A stretch of 64,000 nt of DNA, from NCBI GenBank assembly GCA_963666315.2, contig CAXXHG010000043.1:352001-416000 (forward strand), read 5' to 3'. The notes beneath the pieces are model-generated. The model was not told the DNA's origin. It worked only from the letters and a program-made list of their open reading frames with translations, and did no database searches. This DNA is from Candidatus Binatia bacterium (GTDB lineage Bacteria > Desulfobacterota > Binatia > Bin18). A program made the translations under genes and the position numbers. Below are positions 32,481-42,335 of the stretch, in pieces (within the stretch, counting starts at the first letter, position 1; each line of letters starts with the position of its first letter).

Positions 32481-32717
32481 TCACTTCTCCTCATCGCCCA
32501 TTTCAGTTTCGAGTAGCTCTTCTTGTTCTTCGAGGCGCACCTGCAGCGTACTCAGCGCTTCAAACACCGCGCCCACGGCCTCCTGAAAATCGTCCTCAGT
32601 GCTGACGCTCCCAGCTGCCACGCGTTCCTCACAATCCCGACTCACGTCTGAAATAGACAGCTTGGCTGATTTCACCAACCCTATCCATTGACCAATAATA
32701 GCAAGGGCATCTTCCAT
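32481..32717 (-). CDS. Small acidic hypothetical protein (78 aa)
   Basis: GGAG RBS before MEDALAIIGQW; helical E/D-rich sequence; divergent from the thiolase. Confidence 0.55.
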   Translation of the reverse strand: MEDALAIIGQWIGLVKSAKLSISDVSRDCEERVAAGSVSTEDDFQEAVGAVFEALSTLQVRLEEQEELLETEMGDEEK

Positions 32718-32793
32718 CCGGCCTGTCTCCTTTCTGTCACACTCATCCCCTGGTAGACTATGCAGCCTAACACCTACAGGAAAGGAGACTCGT

Positions 32794-33996
32794 ATGCGAC
32801 AGGTTGCCGTTGTCGGCGCGGGGATGACCCGCTTTGGAAAACATATGGATCGGAGCATGAAAGACTTGGCCCGAGAGGCAATTGAAAATGCCCTGCAGGC
32901 GGCCGGAGTCGAAAAAAACGCCATTGAGGCGGCAGCCGTAGGAAACGCGGTTGCCGGCTTGATCACGGGACAAGAGTGCATCCGTGGTCAGGTCGTACTG
33001 CGCGAACTTGGGATAGGCGGCATTCCTGTGATCAACACCGAGAATGCGTGTGCGAGTTCCTCCACAGCCTTCCATCTCGCCTGGCTCTACGTGGCGTCTG
33101 GCATGTACGACATGGTCCTCGCCCTCGGCATGGAAAAGCTTTTTCATGCCGATAAGAAGCGCACCTTCCAGGCCATAGGTAGCGCAATCGACGTCGAGCA
33201 AGCCGAATCATTTGCCCGGGAGATGAGCGGCGAGCAGAGTGCTGGAGCTGGCAAGTCCCGTAGCGTGTTTATGGATTACTACGCCAACCTCGCTCGTCAG
33301 CATATGGATCGCTACGGTACCACCCAAGAACAATTCGCCCGCATTGCGGCCAAGAACCACACCAACGGCAGCCTCAACCCGCACGCCCAGTATCAAACCC
33401 GCCGCTCCGTAGAAGATGTCTTGTCGGCTCCACTGATCGCCGCGCCCCTGACGCGAATGATGTGTTCTCCGATTGGAGATGGAGCTGCGGCCGTACTCGT
33501 TACGACGGCAGAGAAAGCACGCCAGTTGACGACAAGGCTCGTCTTTGTCAAAGCCTCCAGCTTGGGTTCCAGCAAAGAACACGACCCGGACACCCCTGGC
33601 ATCGTCCCCTCGGTCGCGCACAAAGCGTACGAGCAAGCGGGTGTCGGTCCTCACGACCTGCATGTCGTTGAGGTCCACGACGCCACCGCGCCGGCTGAAC
33701 TACTCATCTACGAAGAGCTGAACCTGTGCCAGCCAGGTGACGGCGGCAAATTAATTGATGACGGAGTAACACAGATCGGCGGCCGTTGTCCTGTCAACCC
33801 GAGCGGCGGTCTGCTGGCCAAAGGACACCCCGTCGGAGCAACTGGAGTTGCCCAGATCTGCGAAATTTACTGGCAGCTTCGGGGTGAAGCCGCACAGCGT
33901 CAGGTTTCCGGAGCAAAAGTTGGACTCACCGAGAACGGGGGCGGTGTCCTAGGAGGGGAAAACGCAGCGGCGTCAATCCATGTTTTTACAGTCTAA
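32794..33996 (+). CDS. Thiolase family protein (SCP2/lipid-transfer type)
   Basis: ENACASSS, CSPIGDGAAA, EVHDA, VNPSGGLLAKGHPVGATG. Confidence 0.92.
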   Translation: MRQVAVVGAGMTRFGKHMDRSMKDLAREAIENALQAAGVEKNAIEAAAVGNAVAGLITGQECIRGQVVLRELGIGGIPVINTENACASSSTAFHLAWLYVASGMYDMVLALGMEKLFHADKKRTFQAIGSAIDVEQAESFAREMSGEQSAGAGKSRSVFMDYYANLARQHMDRYGTTQEQFARIAAKNHTNGSLNPHAQYQTRRSVEDVLSAPLIAAPLTRMMCSPIGDGAAAVLVTTAEKARQLTTRLVFVKASSLGSSKEHDPDTPGIVPSVAHKAYEQAGVGPHDLHVVEVHDATAPAELLIYEELNLCQPGDGGKLIDDGVTQIGGRCPVNPSGGLLAKGHPVGATGVAQICEIYWQLRGEAAQRQVSGAKVGLTENGGGVLGGENAAASIHVFTV

Positions 33997-34007
33997 TACA
34001 TACAACG

Positions 34008-34113
34008 GAAAAAGGCCCGCAGGAAAAAGGAGGGGAAACCTGCGAGCCTTAAAACATCATCCGGCTGGGGAAATCCTGACGATGAGGACTTAAACGACTT
34101 GATCAAGCCCGCA
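34008..34113 (-). ncRNA. Candidate sRNA (about 105 nt) with C-rich hairpin loops and intrinsic terminator
   Basis: Stems 34055-34064/34075-34084 and 34012-34023/34039-34050 (G-U pairs only on the minus strand), U-tract after the last stem, upstream sigma70 promoter. Confidence 0.55.
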
Positions 34114-34119
34114 AGCACA

Positions 34120-34148
34120 AATATACCAGAGATTGGGCTGTTTTACAA
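34120..34148 (-). promoter_or_regulatory. Sigma70-type promoter for the candidate sRNA
   Basis: TTGTAA-17 bp-TATATT with extended TG. Confidence 0.55.
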
Positions 34149-34233
34149 GATAAGTTGGTCTGAATTATTTTGTTTCAACTTATAAGTTCCATTTATTTTT
34201 CCATCGTTGCAGCGAGGAGCGCAGAATCCCTGC

Positions 34234-34261
34234 TTGCTCTCCATCTTCATCCGGCTATGAT
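34234..34261 (+). promoter_or_regulatory. Probable original tRNA-Arg promoter
   Basis: TTGCTC-16 bp-TATGAT about 20 bp upstream of the tRNA 5'-half copy. Confidence 0.45.
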
Positions 34262-34278
34262 GCGAAGACACTGTTCAG

Positions 34279-34321
34279 CGTGCCCTCGTAGCTCAGGAGG
34301 ATAGAGCACCGGATTCCTAAT
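34279..34321 (+). repeat. att site: 5' half of tRNA-Arg(CCT), direct repeat of 45735-45777
   Basis: 43-bp identity CGTGCCCTCGTAGCTCAGGAGGATAGAGCACCGGATTCCTAAT, ending just past the anticodon loop. Confidence 0.92.
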
Positions 34322-34880
34322 ACTATAACTGCCCGTTACATGGAGTGATATCAAGTAGTAAAGTAGCATACAGAGCGTACTCACCGTTGCGTTTCTGCCT
34401 TCCTGCTATCTCCTGATATCACTCCATATCTCCCGTTATACCATCTGTTTGGGCACCCCCTTGGGCACAACTGTCTGCGCCAATAACGTGTGATTGAGGC
34501 GTGGCGGTACCTATTGACCTAAGGGGGTCAGGAAGTCCGGTCACGTCAAAAGCGGCATTGGCCTGGATTTGCCCATGGGTATGCCCTAACTGGGAGACGG
34601 TGCCGTCAACACGGCAGACCTGCACGCCACCCTAGGCCAGCTACATTCCTACGCTCAGCTAATTGCAGATCGTTGCGTAGTCAGACTTCATTGCGACGCG
34701 GAAGACCAGCCTCAGCAGAGCTTCTAAAAATCCGACCTGGAATTGGTTTGTGAACCCGACGTAGACAGTGAATCACGCAAGTGCACGCAGGGGGCTTTCC
34801 TCATGAACTGGTTTGTATTGCGAATCGATGCAGGACCTTGGTAAGGAAAACTTATGCAACGTCTCGTGTTCGTGCTGTAG

Positions 34881-35330
34881 GTGCCCCTGTTGGTACTCGT
34901 CGTGGGGTTCGCCCAAACAGGGACCTGGGAGCAGTTAGGCTCGAGCTTCGTTGCGGAAGGCTCCGGGGATTACCTGGGGCATTCTGTCGCAATCTCCTCC
35001 GACGGAAATCGTGTGGTTCTGGGAGGACAATACAACGACGGTGCAGGACACAACGCTGGCCATGTTCGAGTGTTCCAGTATGGCGGAACGAATTGGAGCC
35101 AACTTGGCGAAGATCTTGACGGCGAAGCGACAGAAGACCAATTCGGGTACGCAGTTGATCTGTCGTCAACATGGGGTCTCGATACTGGTCTTGCTGCTGG
35201 CGTTGTTCTCATTGGGTGCCGCGGCCGCGTGGGCTCAGTCGGCAGGCTGGACCCAAGTAGGAGACACTTTTGTCGAAGAAGCATGGACGGGTACCCAGCG
35301 GTCTCATCCATCGAGACTGTTCTGATATAT
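34881..35330 (+). pseudogene. FG-GAP-repeat surface protein fragment(s)
   Basis: WEQLG.....GDYLGHSVAISSDGNRVV.G, WSQLGEDLDGE...DQFGYAVDLS. Confidence 0.65.
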
Positions 35331-35479
35331 CGCTTTGATGAGTTATGGCGAAACGATATGGCCGCCTGAAGTCGTCAATCGGCGCGGCCACATTGTCTGC
35401 GTGTTTGTTTGGACGGCGCTTGGCATCGATGATGTTCCTCATACGGCTCAAACGTGGAGCGGTCCTGATCTTCCATGGG

Positions 35480-35761
35480 GCGACGCTGATTTACAATGAT
35501 GATATTGTGGAAACTGATCAGGATGTGCCGGTAACGATCCCAGAGGCAGACTTGCTTGCCAATGGTACGGATGTGCACGGAGATAGCCTGAATATTACTG
35601 CAATCGACAAAGCAGTGAAGGGGAGAATCCGTATCAGCGGAAACGGGATCATAAACTTCATGACTGGTCGGCGTTTCTCCGGTGACGGATCCTTTCAATA
35701 CACGATTGATGCTGGCAACGGTGGAACCGATACGGCCACCGTGACGATGTCGAGTCCTTAA
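35480..35761 (+). pseudogene. Cadherin-like/Ig-like (Big_9 type) domain fragment
   Basis: DD.VET.QD.PVTI...LLAN..D..GD.L, F.G..SF.YTI...NGGTDTATVT. Confidence 0.6.
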
Positions 35762-35779
35762 AAAGAAGGAGGAGGTATT

Positions 35780-37039
35780 ATGCGGCCAACGTCATGGGCG
35801 GGAAAAGTAGCCGGCCTTTTTAGCGCTATTTTCGCTGGGATGTGTCTGGCTGCAGCGTTTAGCTATGCGGGAGATAAAGCAGGTATTTCTCAGCCTTTAG
35901 CTGGCTTTTCCGGTCTGCAGCTCGGCTTGTACGAGGCCGGGCTAGAGGAGTTCGAGCGACACTTTCGCGCTCGGGATGGGCTTGGGCCACAATTTAATGA
36001 AAACCCGTGCCATTCTTGCCAAGATGAAGGAGGTATTTCTCAACCTTTAGCTGGCCTTTCCACTCAGCAGCTCGGCTTGTACGAGGCCGGGCTAGAGGAG
36101 TTTGAGCGACGCTTTCGCCGTCAGGATGGGCTTGGGCCGCAATTTAATGGCAACTCGTGCCATTTCTGCCATCGTCAGCCGTCCGTTGGCGGCTCAGGTC
36201 CTCGCTATCGGAGTAATTTCAACTTTGCGCATGGTAGCGATCTGCTCGAACTCGAAGGAGGACCGCTGCTCCAAGTGAAAGCCATCCGTGGGGAACCAAG
36301 AGAACTTATTCCAGCCGCAGCAACAAATTTCTCGCTGCGCAAAGTTCCTCCGCTCCACGGCCTGGGCTTGGCGGAGGCCATTCCAGACAGTCAAATAGAA
36401 GCCGTCGCCACCCAAAACGGTGGAAAAAGTGTCCTCACTGAAGACGGCCATATGCAGCGTTTTGGTTCACAAAATCAGGTCGTTAGCCTCAAACAGTTTG
36501 TCATGGGTGGATTTGCTCGGGAACTTGGCATTACGGAAGACGAAAATCCTGAGATCTCTCAATCTATAGAGAACGTTCTCAACTTTATCCGCTTTCTGGC
36601 TCCACCTCTACGCGGAGAAATAAACGAAGACGTTCTGCGTGGCGAAGAAGTCTTCACACAGATTGGATGCGCTGACTGCCACACGCCTTCATTTACGACT
36701 GCGCCAGGCCCGTTCACCACGGCTAGCGGTGAGGTCGTCGATGTCACGGCTATGCAAAATAAGACGATCATGCCGTATTCAGACTTCCTCCTCCACGACT
36801 TGGGTCTAGGGCTCGACGACGGCGTCCCGTTGCACGGGGGATCTAGCGCAGAATATCGAACCATACCGTTGTGGGGACTCCGCTTCCGCAAAAACAAGCT
36901 GATGCATGATGCCCGAGCAGCCAATTTCCGTCAGATGCTGCTCTTTCATGGAGGTGAGGCAGCGGTAGCGAGAGATGAAGCGATGAGTCTTCCGCGTGAA
37001 GACAGCCAGGCTTTAGAGAAATTTTTAAAGTCGCTCTGA
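35780..37039 (+). CDS. Secreted di-heme oxidoreductase (DHOR/thiol oxidoreductase) family protein
   Basis: Signal peptide, DGLGPQFN, CHFCH, GCADCH, PYSDFLLHDLG, RTIPLWG, MHDARA, HGGEA; strong RBS GGAGGAGG. Confidence 0.85.
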   Translation: MRPTSWAGKVAGLFSAIFAGMCLAAAFSYAGDKAGISQPLAGFSGLQLGLYEAGLEEFERHFRARDGLGPQFNENPCHSCQDEGGISQPLAGLSTQQLGLYEAGLEEFERRFRRQDGLGPQFNGNSCHFCHRQPSVGGSGPRYRSNFNFAHGSDLLELEGGPLLQVKAIRGEPRELIPAAATNFSLRKVPPLHGLGLAEAIPDSQIEAVATQNGGKSVLTEDGHMQRFGSQNQVVSLKQFVMGGFARELGITEDENPEISQSIENVLNFIRFLAPPLRGEINEDVLRGEEVFTQIGCADCHTPSFTTAPGPFTTASGEVVDVTAMQNKTIMPYSDFLLHDLGLGLDDGVPLHGGSSAEYRTIPLWGLRFRKNKLMHDARAANFRQMLLFHGGEAAVARDEAMSLPREDSQALEKFLKSL

Positions 37040-37360
37040 ATACTAGCTAGCCCATCGGCAACCTGTATGAGGGTCATATCGACGAACCTTAGACCAAAAT
37101 TCGATATGGTCATTTGACCCTCCCTGGATATTTGCTCATCACGAAGACGTTTTTTCTTAATGATCGGGTGCACATGAGGACTACGAAAGGTTTTTCCTCT
37201 TGCCGATGTGTACCCATTGTCATTCAACCATTCTGCTATCTGTTTAAATGTCCAACCCTTGCCTCGAAAGTCTGATACCGGATCGTAAAGAAATTGTTGG
37301 TAATTGGAGTAGAGCGCGACCCATAGAGTTGATGTGCGCAGATTTACGTCGAAGGTTAAA
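37040..37360 (-). pseudogene. Recombinase-domain (serine recombinase associated) fragment
   Basis: GWTFKQIAEWLNDNGYTSARGKTF...V..I motif; no N-terminus. Confidence 0.55.
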
Positions 37361-37480
37361 ATTGAGCCGAGTCATAATAGTCGATTCACCGCTGTCCTGG
37401 ATCGCTTTCTTCCGCACTGGCAGCAGCGGCGGGACGAGCTGAATCGTTTGCCAGTCCGGCATGAGGAGTGGGGATATTAA
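37361..37480 (+). pseudogene. M48/YgjP-like metallopeptidase C-terminal fragment
   Basis: IEPSHNSRFTAVLDRFLPHWQQRRDELNRLPVRHEEWGY*, matching the region after HExxH in this family. Confidence 0.6.
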
Positions 37481-37677
37481 GTGCGAGCGGCTGGCCATGG
37501 CGTGACGGATAGCGGGAGCGAGTGGCGTTATTGAAACGCGGGGACGGTTCTGACGAAAAGACAGGGTCTCATAACGTCGTGATAGGCCCACACCATAATT
37601 ATTCGAGCTGGGGCGGTTTTGTTGCCGGCGATGAGAACGATGATTCAGAACCTGCAGGAAATTCTTGAGTAGAAGTC

Positions 37678-38403
37678 TTAGTCCCGCCCTGCCTCAATAA
37701 TCTTCTCAGCTAATCCAATCGGATTGGTAAAAATCGCCTCATGGCTGCCCGGCATTTGGACCAGCCGATACAGACCCAAGCGATTTGACATACGTGGATG
37801 CCAGCCCCACTCGCCCGGTGGCAAAGCGATATCTTCGGTACAGTTCAGAAAACTCTTGGGGATGTCTGATGCGTAGAACTTCTTCATGTCGAGCTTGTCG
37901 CGATAGGGCTGGTACGGCTCAGGCGAGAGACGTTCGTAGGCGGATTTGGCGAGTGCTAAATCCGCATCATTAATAAAAGCGTCGCGCCAAATCGGGAACG
38001 GCAATACGATCGTATAATCGTTCGACTCTTTTACTAGCTCATCAAAAAGCTCGTGATAGTGAGATGGAACTTCATCCATCAGACTATTGCCATCCTCACA
38101 CACAAACGCATTCCAAAAGACGAGACGCTTGATCCGTTCCGGGATGGCAGGCGCTACCTGAGAGATAAGGGTGCCACCAAAGCTGTGGCCGACAAGGACA
38201 ATATCTCTCAAGTCTTCTTTAACAATGAAATCAATAATCGACTGCGTACACTGGGCGTGATTGACATTTTTGTCCACGCCTTTGCCATGCCCGGCGATGG
38301 TCGGACCAAAAGCGGTATGGCCTTTCCCTTCCAAATGCGCGATCACCGGCTCCCAGGCCGACCCATCGTGCCATGCACCGTGGACCAAGACAAATAGAGA
38401 CAT
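37678..38403 (-). CDS. Alpha/beta hydrolase (salicylate esterase-like)
   Basis: LVHGAWH, GHSFGG, EDIAL, GSHE. Confidence 0.9.
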   Translation of the reverse strand: MSLFVLVHGAWHDGSAWEPVIAHLEGKGHTAFGPTIAGHGKGVDKNVNHAQCTQSIIDFIVKEDLRDIVLVGHSFGGTLISQVAPAIPERIKRLVFWNAFVCEDGNSLMDEVPSHYHELFDELVKESNDYTIVLPFPIWRDAFINDADLALAKSAYERLSPEPYQPYRDKLDMKKFYASDIPKSFLNCTEDIALPPGEWGWHPRMSNRLGLYRLVQMPGSHEAIFTNPIGLAEKIIEAGRD

Positions 38404-38586
38404 AGCTATCCTCCTGGGTGCTTTCGTATGACATGCCGATGGGAACTGTCAATGCATCGCCCCCGGCTTCTCCCACCCCAATCAGGATGAGAACAGTGTA
38501 CTGCAGTTCGGTACGTCAGTATCCGGAGGATCACTCAATGTTGCCTCCGGCATAACTTCTTCGGTTAGCGGCGGCAGTGGGAGAAA

Positions 38587-38834
38587 ATGCAGGAAGAAGC
38601 CTCGGCTGTTGACTTCAGCCCTGGTTCCCTCGACCTGTTGGCTGGCTCGGTCGGCAACGACGATGACCGGGCGATACTCGACGAAGAACAATTGCAGGCT
38701 GAAGAGGACGCGCAGTTCGAGGCTGCTTCTGCTGCCACGATGGGACCGATTGAGGATTTGTCGGCCAAGCAATTGTTTGAGCGCGAGCAGCAACTGCTCC
38801 AGGAAATGACAGATATTGCGGAGCCGCCCGCGAG
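38587..38834 (+). pseudogene. Fragment resembling DISARM SNF2 helicase DrmD
   Basis: LDLL.G....DDDRA.L.EEQL.AEEDAQ.EAASAAT...LFEREQQLL.EMT.IAE; recognised from memory only. Confidence 0.4.
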
Positions 38835-38836
38835 GC

Positions 38837-39571
38837 CTAATCCAGTCCCTGCAGATTCTCAAGAATATCCGCCGGCTCTAGGCGAATGGCATAATTCGCG
38901 TCCACATGAGCAAGCTTGATAGTCCGATCTGTACCAATGACGTAGGTCCCGGGTATCGGGAGCTGCCAGACGGCGCCGCCATTATGATCGGGTAGCTTAA
39001 TTCCTAATGCCGCGTACGCTGTTTGAAGCTCATCAACGAGCCGAAATGCGAGTCCGAATTGCTTGGCCACAGTGTTGCCCACGTCGCTGAGGACCTCAAA
39101 CTTGAGGCCAGTCCTCTCTGCAATGGTGAGCGAGTTATCTGGTGTTTGCGGAGAAATGGCAACCAACGAGGCACCCTTAGCTAGTATCTCCGGCAGATGT
39201 TTTTGGTAAGCCTGCAACTGCGGGTTACAGTACGGTCACCACGCGCCTCTATAAAAGGCGACCACGACGAGCCCTGTGACCAAGAGGTCGGAAAGCGAAA
39301 CGGACTCTTCGCGGACATTGGGTAAGCTGAAATCGGGCGTCGTGTCTCCCACCTTCAAGGCTGTTTTTGCGATGCCGGACTTTACCTGGTCTTCTGTTGT
39401 TCGCACTACAACACCAAGAACTTCTTTGGGTAACTTGGGCAGCATTTCTTTCTGAAATGCTGCAATTTGTTGTTTGAGCTCGCTATCGGGCCCAGTCCGC
39501 GGGACCTTTTTGGTGCAGAACTCAATCATATCCGTAACAATCCCCGCGCCGGGTTCCATTTGACCGCTCAT
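38837..39571 (-). CDS. Peroxiredoxin-like (AhpC/TSA) selenoprotein, UxxC, read through UGA at 39236-39238
   Basis: ORFs 39236..39571 and 38837..39217 are in frame: FYRGAW-UGA-PYCNPQLQAYQ; the family motif is FYRGxWCPYC; hairpin follows the UGA; selA/selC are in the window. Confidence 0.72.
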
Positions 39572-39599
39572 AGAAATACACCTTTCCGAAAAGAATGAC

Positions 39600-40596
39600 T
39601 GCAGCTCCGCGAGCTTTGCCGTTTGCGTAGGCGGGTCAGGTTGCTTGCTCCCCGGGCTCTTTTTTACCGATGGGGCTGTCGGTTTCGGAGGAGTTGTGCG
39701 CGATACGGAAGGGACAAAGGCGGACGATGGGCGCGGTTCAGGAACATCACCACTCTCTCCTGGTAGGTTAGTTGGCTGAGGCGGCGTTTCATCTGTTACA
39801 TCAGAGGACTTTCCTTTGATTCGGCTACGGTTGACCGCTTGGAAGGAGGCGGTGGGTCAGGCAGGAGTGGGACTGGCTCCTTTGTCTCCCGCTTCGCTGT
39901 CTCTTTATGCTGGACGGGGAGTTGTCCTTCTCCTTCCTTCGGATTGTCTAATTCAGAAGAAGCGTCTGAGGGCGGATCGGGTGGTATAGCGGACAAATCC
40001 TTCGGAATGCCAACAAAGGAAGAATCCTGCTTTGTAAGTCGTTGCCTCTGCACTCCTCCCTCATGAACTGGTGTCCATCCAACGTAGCCTACTACGGCAA
40101 GGGCGAGGAGTCCGGCAGCGCACATGCGTGCATAACGCCAACGGCTCTGAGGTGCTTCAAAGAGCTGTGTCGGAAGTACGATTTTATTGCTCTGGGGCTT
40201 TTTGGTTACATCCGCTTCGAGAAATTGCTCCGATGGAAGGGATGCTGCTGTTAACTTTGTCTCTTCGTCCTGTACGGTTTCTGGGGTAGGGGGTTCTTGC
40301 GAAGGCTCTCGCGATGCTTCCTGATCTTGCTGCGCTCTTTCAATAGGGTCTGTCGTCCCGACAGTGTCGAGTCCTCCCTCGGTGCTGAAGTCGTCATCAA
40401 GCTCTTCGAGCACATTCTTTGCCCTTCCCATTTCTACAGAGAGATCAAAGAGCTTCTGACGGATTTCGACGTGGTGAGAATCAAGAGCGAGTACTGCCCG
40501 GTACTCAGCCTCAGCCTCTTCCAGTCTACCCTCCTGCCTGAGACGCTCACCGTTCTGAATGTGATTAATTAGGGGATCACTCTCCTGGTTTGTCAT
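39600..40596 (-). pseudogene. TPR-containing, single-TM, Pro-rich protein, frameshifted/truncated
   Basis: N-terminal TPR-like helix pair (G.LEEAEAEYRAVLALD), TM, Pro-rich linker that continues in another frame past the stop at 39796. Confidence 0.5.
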
Positions 40597-40864
40597 GGTG
40601 TTTTTGCTGAGTATTCCACGAAGTTATCTAAGGAAATGGCTCTTCATTCGCCCCGCGACATAATCCCGTCTCCCCGTATTCCATTTCCTATTTTTGCGTG
40701 TATCGGTATCGCAGAAACTGGGGCCGTGCAAGAGAAACGCCCTGCCAGACTTCCATAATCGATTGTAGGTAAGCCCCAGGCTAGATATCGACCCGGTTCC
40801 GGGTCCATTTCATCTGACCCCAGCACTGTTTTGCACCCTTCACATCACCGACCTGTCGAACAAA

Positions 40865-41270
40865 GTGGCTTTGATGAACGGGACCGAAGTCGATGTGGTG
40901 CCCCTACCCTCCCTATACCGGCGGCTTGGTCCGGACGATGTGCGCCCTTTGTATCCGTTTGCACGTGATTTTGTTCTTCAGCTCCGTCTTGAAAAGGAGC
41001 TGCACGAGGACTGTCGCGTAGAGACCACGTTCCGATGGATACCGTTGACAGGCGGCAGCTTTAATGTCAGTCCGATGACCGCAAGAGCGCGTTACTCGAT
41101 CCTGCGCATACGCGGAACGCTGTTCGATGTTTTTACGATTCTTCTGCTGTTGACTGGAAGCTAGGATTAATCGACAAGGTCTTGTTCTGCCCTAATCGCG
41201 ACACACTATTTGTGAGACGAGGCAAGCAGAAGTACTGTACCCCTCGCTGCACACAGCACGCGGCAGGCCC
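40865..41270 (+). pseudogene. CGNR-like zinc finger protein remnant
   Basis: CPNRDTLFVRRGKQKYCTPRC after stops/frameshift. Confidence 0.4.
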
Positions 41271-41525
41271 ACGCGATTTCCAGGCCGCAGCCTGGGGGGG
41301 AATGGAGAGGACAACCCGATGTCCCGTAACCCCCAGAGAATCAAGGCTTTTCGCCTATTTTCGGCGGGTTACGAAACTCATAGTGTGGGTATTGGTAAAC
41401 AGCAATTGTTCACCGTCGAACGCGCAGAAGTCAGTGAGCGTTCCACCGTTGTCGATGTTAATGAGTCTTCCCACGGATTGTCTTCCTATTGAGAGACGAA
41501 ATGTACGCCTTGGCTACAAGGCGCG

Positions 41526-42335
41526 TTATGCGCTTTCAATGTCGTCGTAATCTCCATGGCGCCCTTTGCCACTGCTGAACCGCGCGGCGCCAGCGAGGCC
41601 TTCGGTCTCGACGATGTCGATGCTATTTCCCCATTCGGTACGCAGTGCATCGGCGACCGGCAAGCCATGCTGCCGATAGACCGAGCGACGGTCTGCTCGC
41701 ACGCATTCCTGCGGAAAGCGTGCAATCTCGTGGGCGAGTGCCTCGGCCGACTCTCGCGAGCTACCGTCAGCGACCACCTGTTCGCAGGCGCCGATGCGCA
41801 GACACTCGTCAGATGGGACTTTCCGTCCGGTCATGATGATTTCGAGCGCACGTCCCTGGCCGACCAGTCGGGGCAGGCGCACGGTACCGCCGTCGAGCAG
41901 GGGAACCCCCCAGCGTCGACAGTAGACACCAAAATAGGCGCTCTGTTCCATCACGCGGATATCGCACCACAACGCCAGCTCGAAGCCGCCCGCGACGGCC
42001 GGGCCCGCCACCGCAGCAATCACCGGTTTCGACAAGTCAAGCCGTGTCGGTCCTATGGCACCGCGTGGCGGCTTACTTCCATCCGCCGGAAAGTCGAGTT
42101 CACGGAGCGGTTTTGCGCTCCCTTTGAGCGCGCTCGCATACTTCAGATCCCATCCGGCGCAGAACGCACCGCCTTCCCCCCAGAGAACGGCCACGCTGGA
42201 ATCCGGATCAGCATCGAAACGCTCGAATGCCTCCACCAATGCATCCGCACTGTCAGGGTCCATTGCGTTGCGGGCTTCGAAGCGGCTGTGAATTACTGTC
42301 GTCACTGCACCATTTCTTTCAATGCGTACACTCAT
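41526..42335 (-). CDS. Enoyl-CoA hydratase/crotonase family protein
   Basis: RNAMD, FCAGWDL, AVAGGFELALWCD; start MSVRIER. Confidence 0.92.
   Translation of the reverse strand: MSVRIERNGAVTTVIHSRFEARNAMDPDSADALVEAFERFDADPDSSVAVLWGEGGAFCAGWDLKYASALKGSAKPLRELDFPADGSKPPRGAIGPTRLDLSKPVIAAVAGPAVAGGFELALWCDIRVMEQSAYFGVYCRRWGVPLLDGGTVRLPRLVGQGRALEIIMTGRKVPSDECLRIGACEQVVADGSSRESAEALAHEIARFPQECVRADRRSVYRQHGLPVADALRTEWGNSIDIVETEGLAGAARFSSGKGRHGDYDDIESA

Noticed and set aside
34008-34113. CsrB/RsmZ-like GGA-loop RNA on the plus strand
   Set aside because: G-U pairing, the promoter and the U-tract all favour the minus strand here. The plus-strand reading is not fully excluded for the 16.6 kb and 25.2 kb elements.
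41305-41375. Inverted repeat CGTAACCC...GGGTTACG as a resolvase site or IS end
   Set aside because: No cognate resolvase or transposase nearby and only 8 bp, so it cannot be assigned
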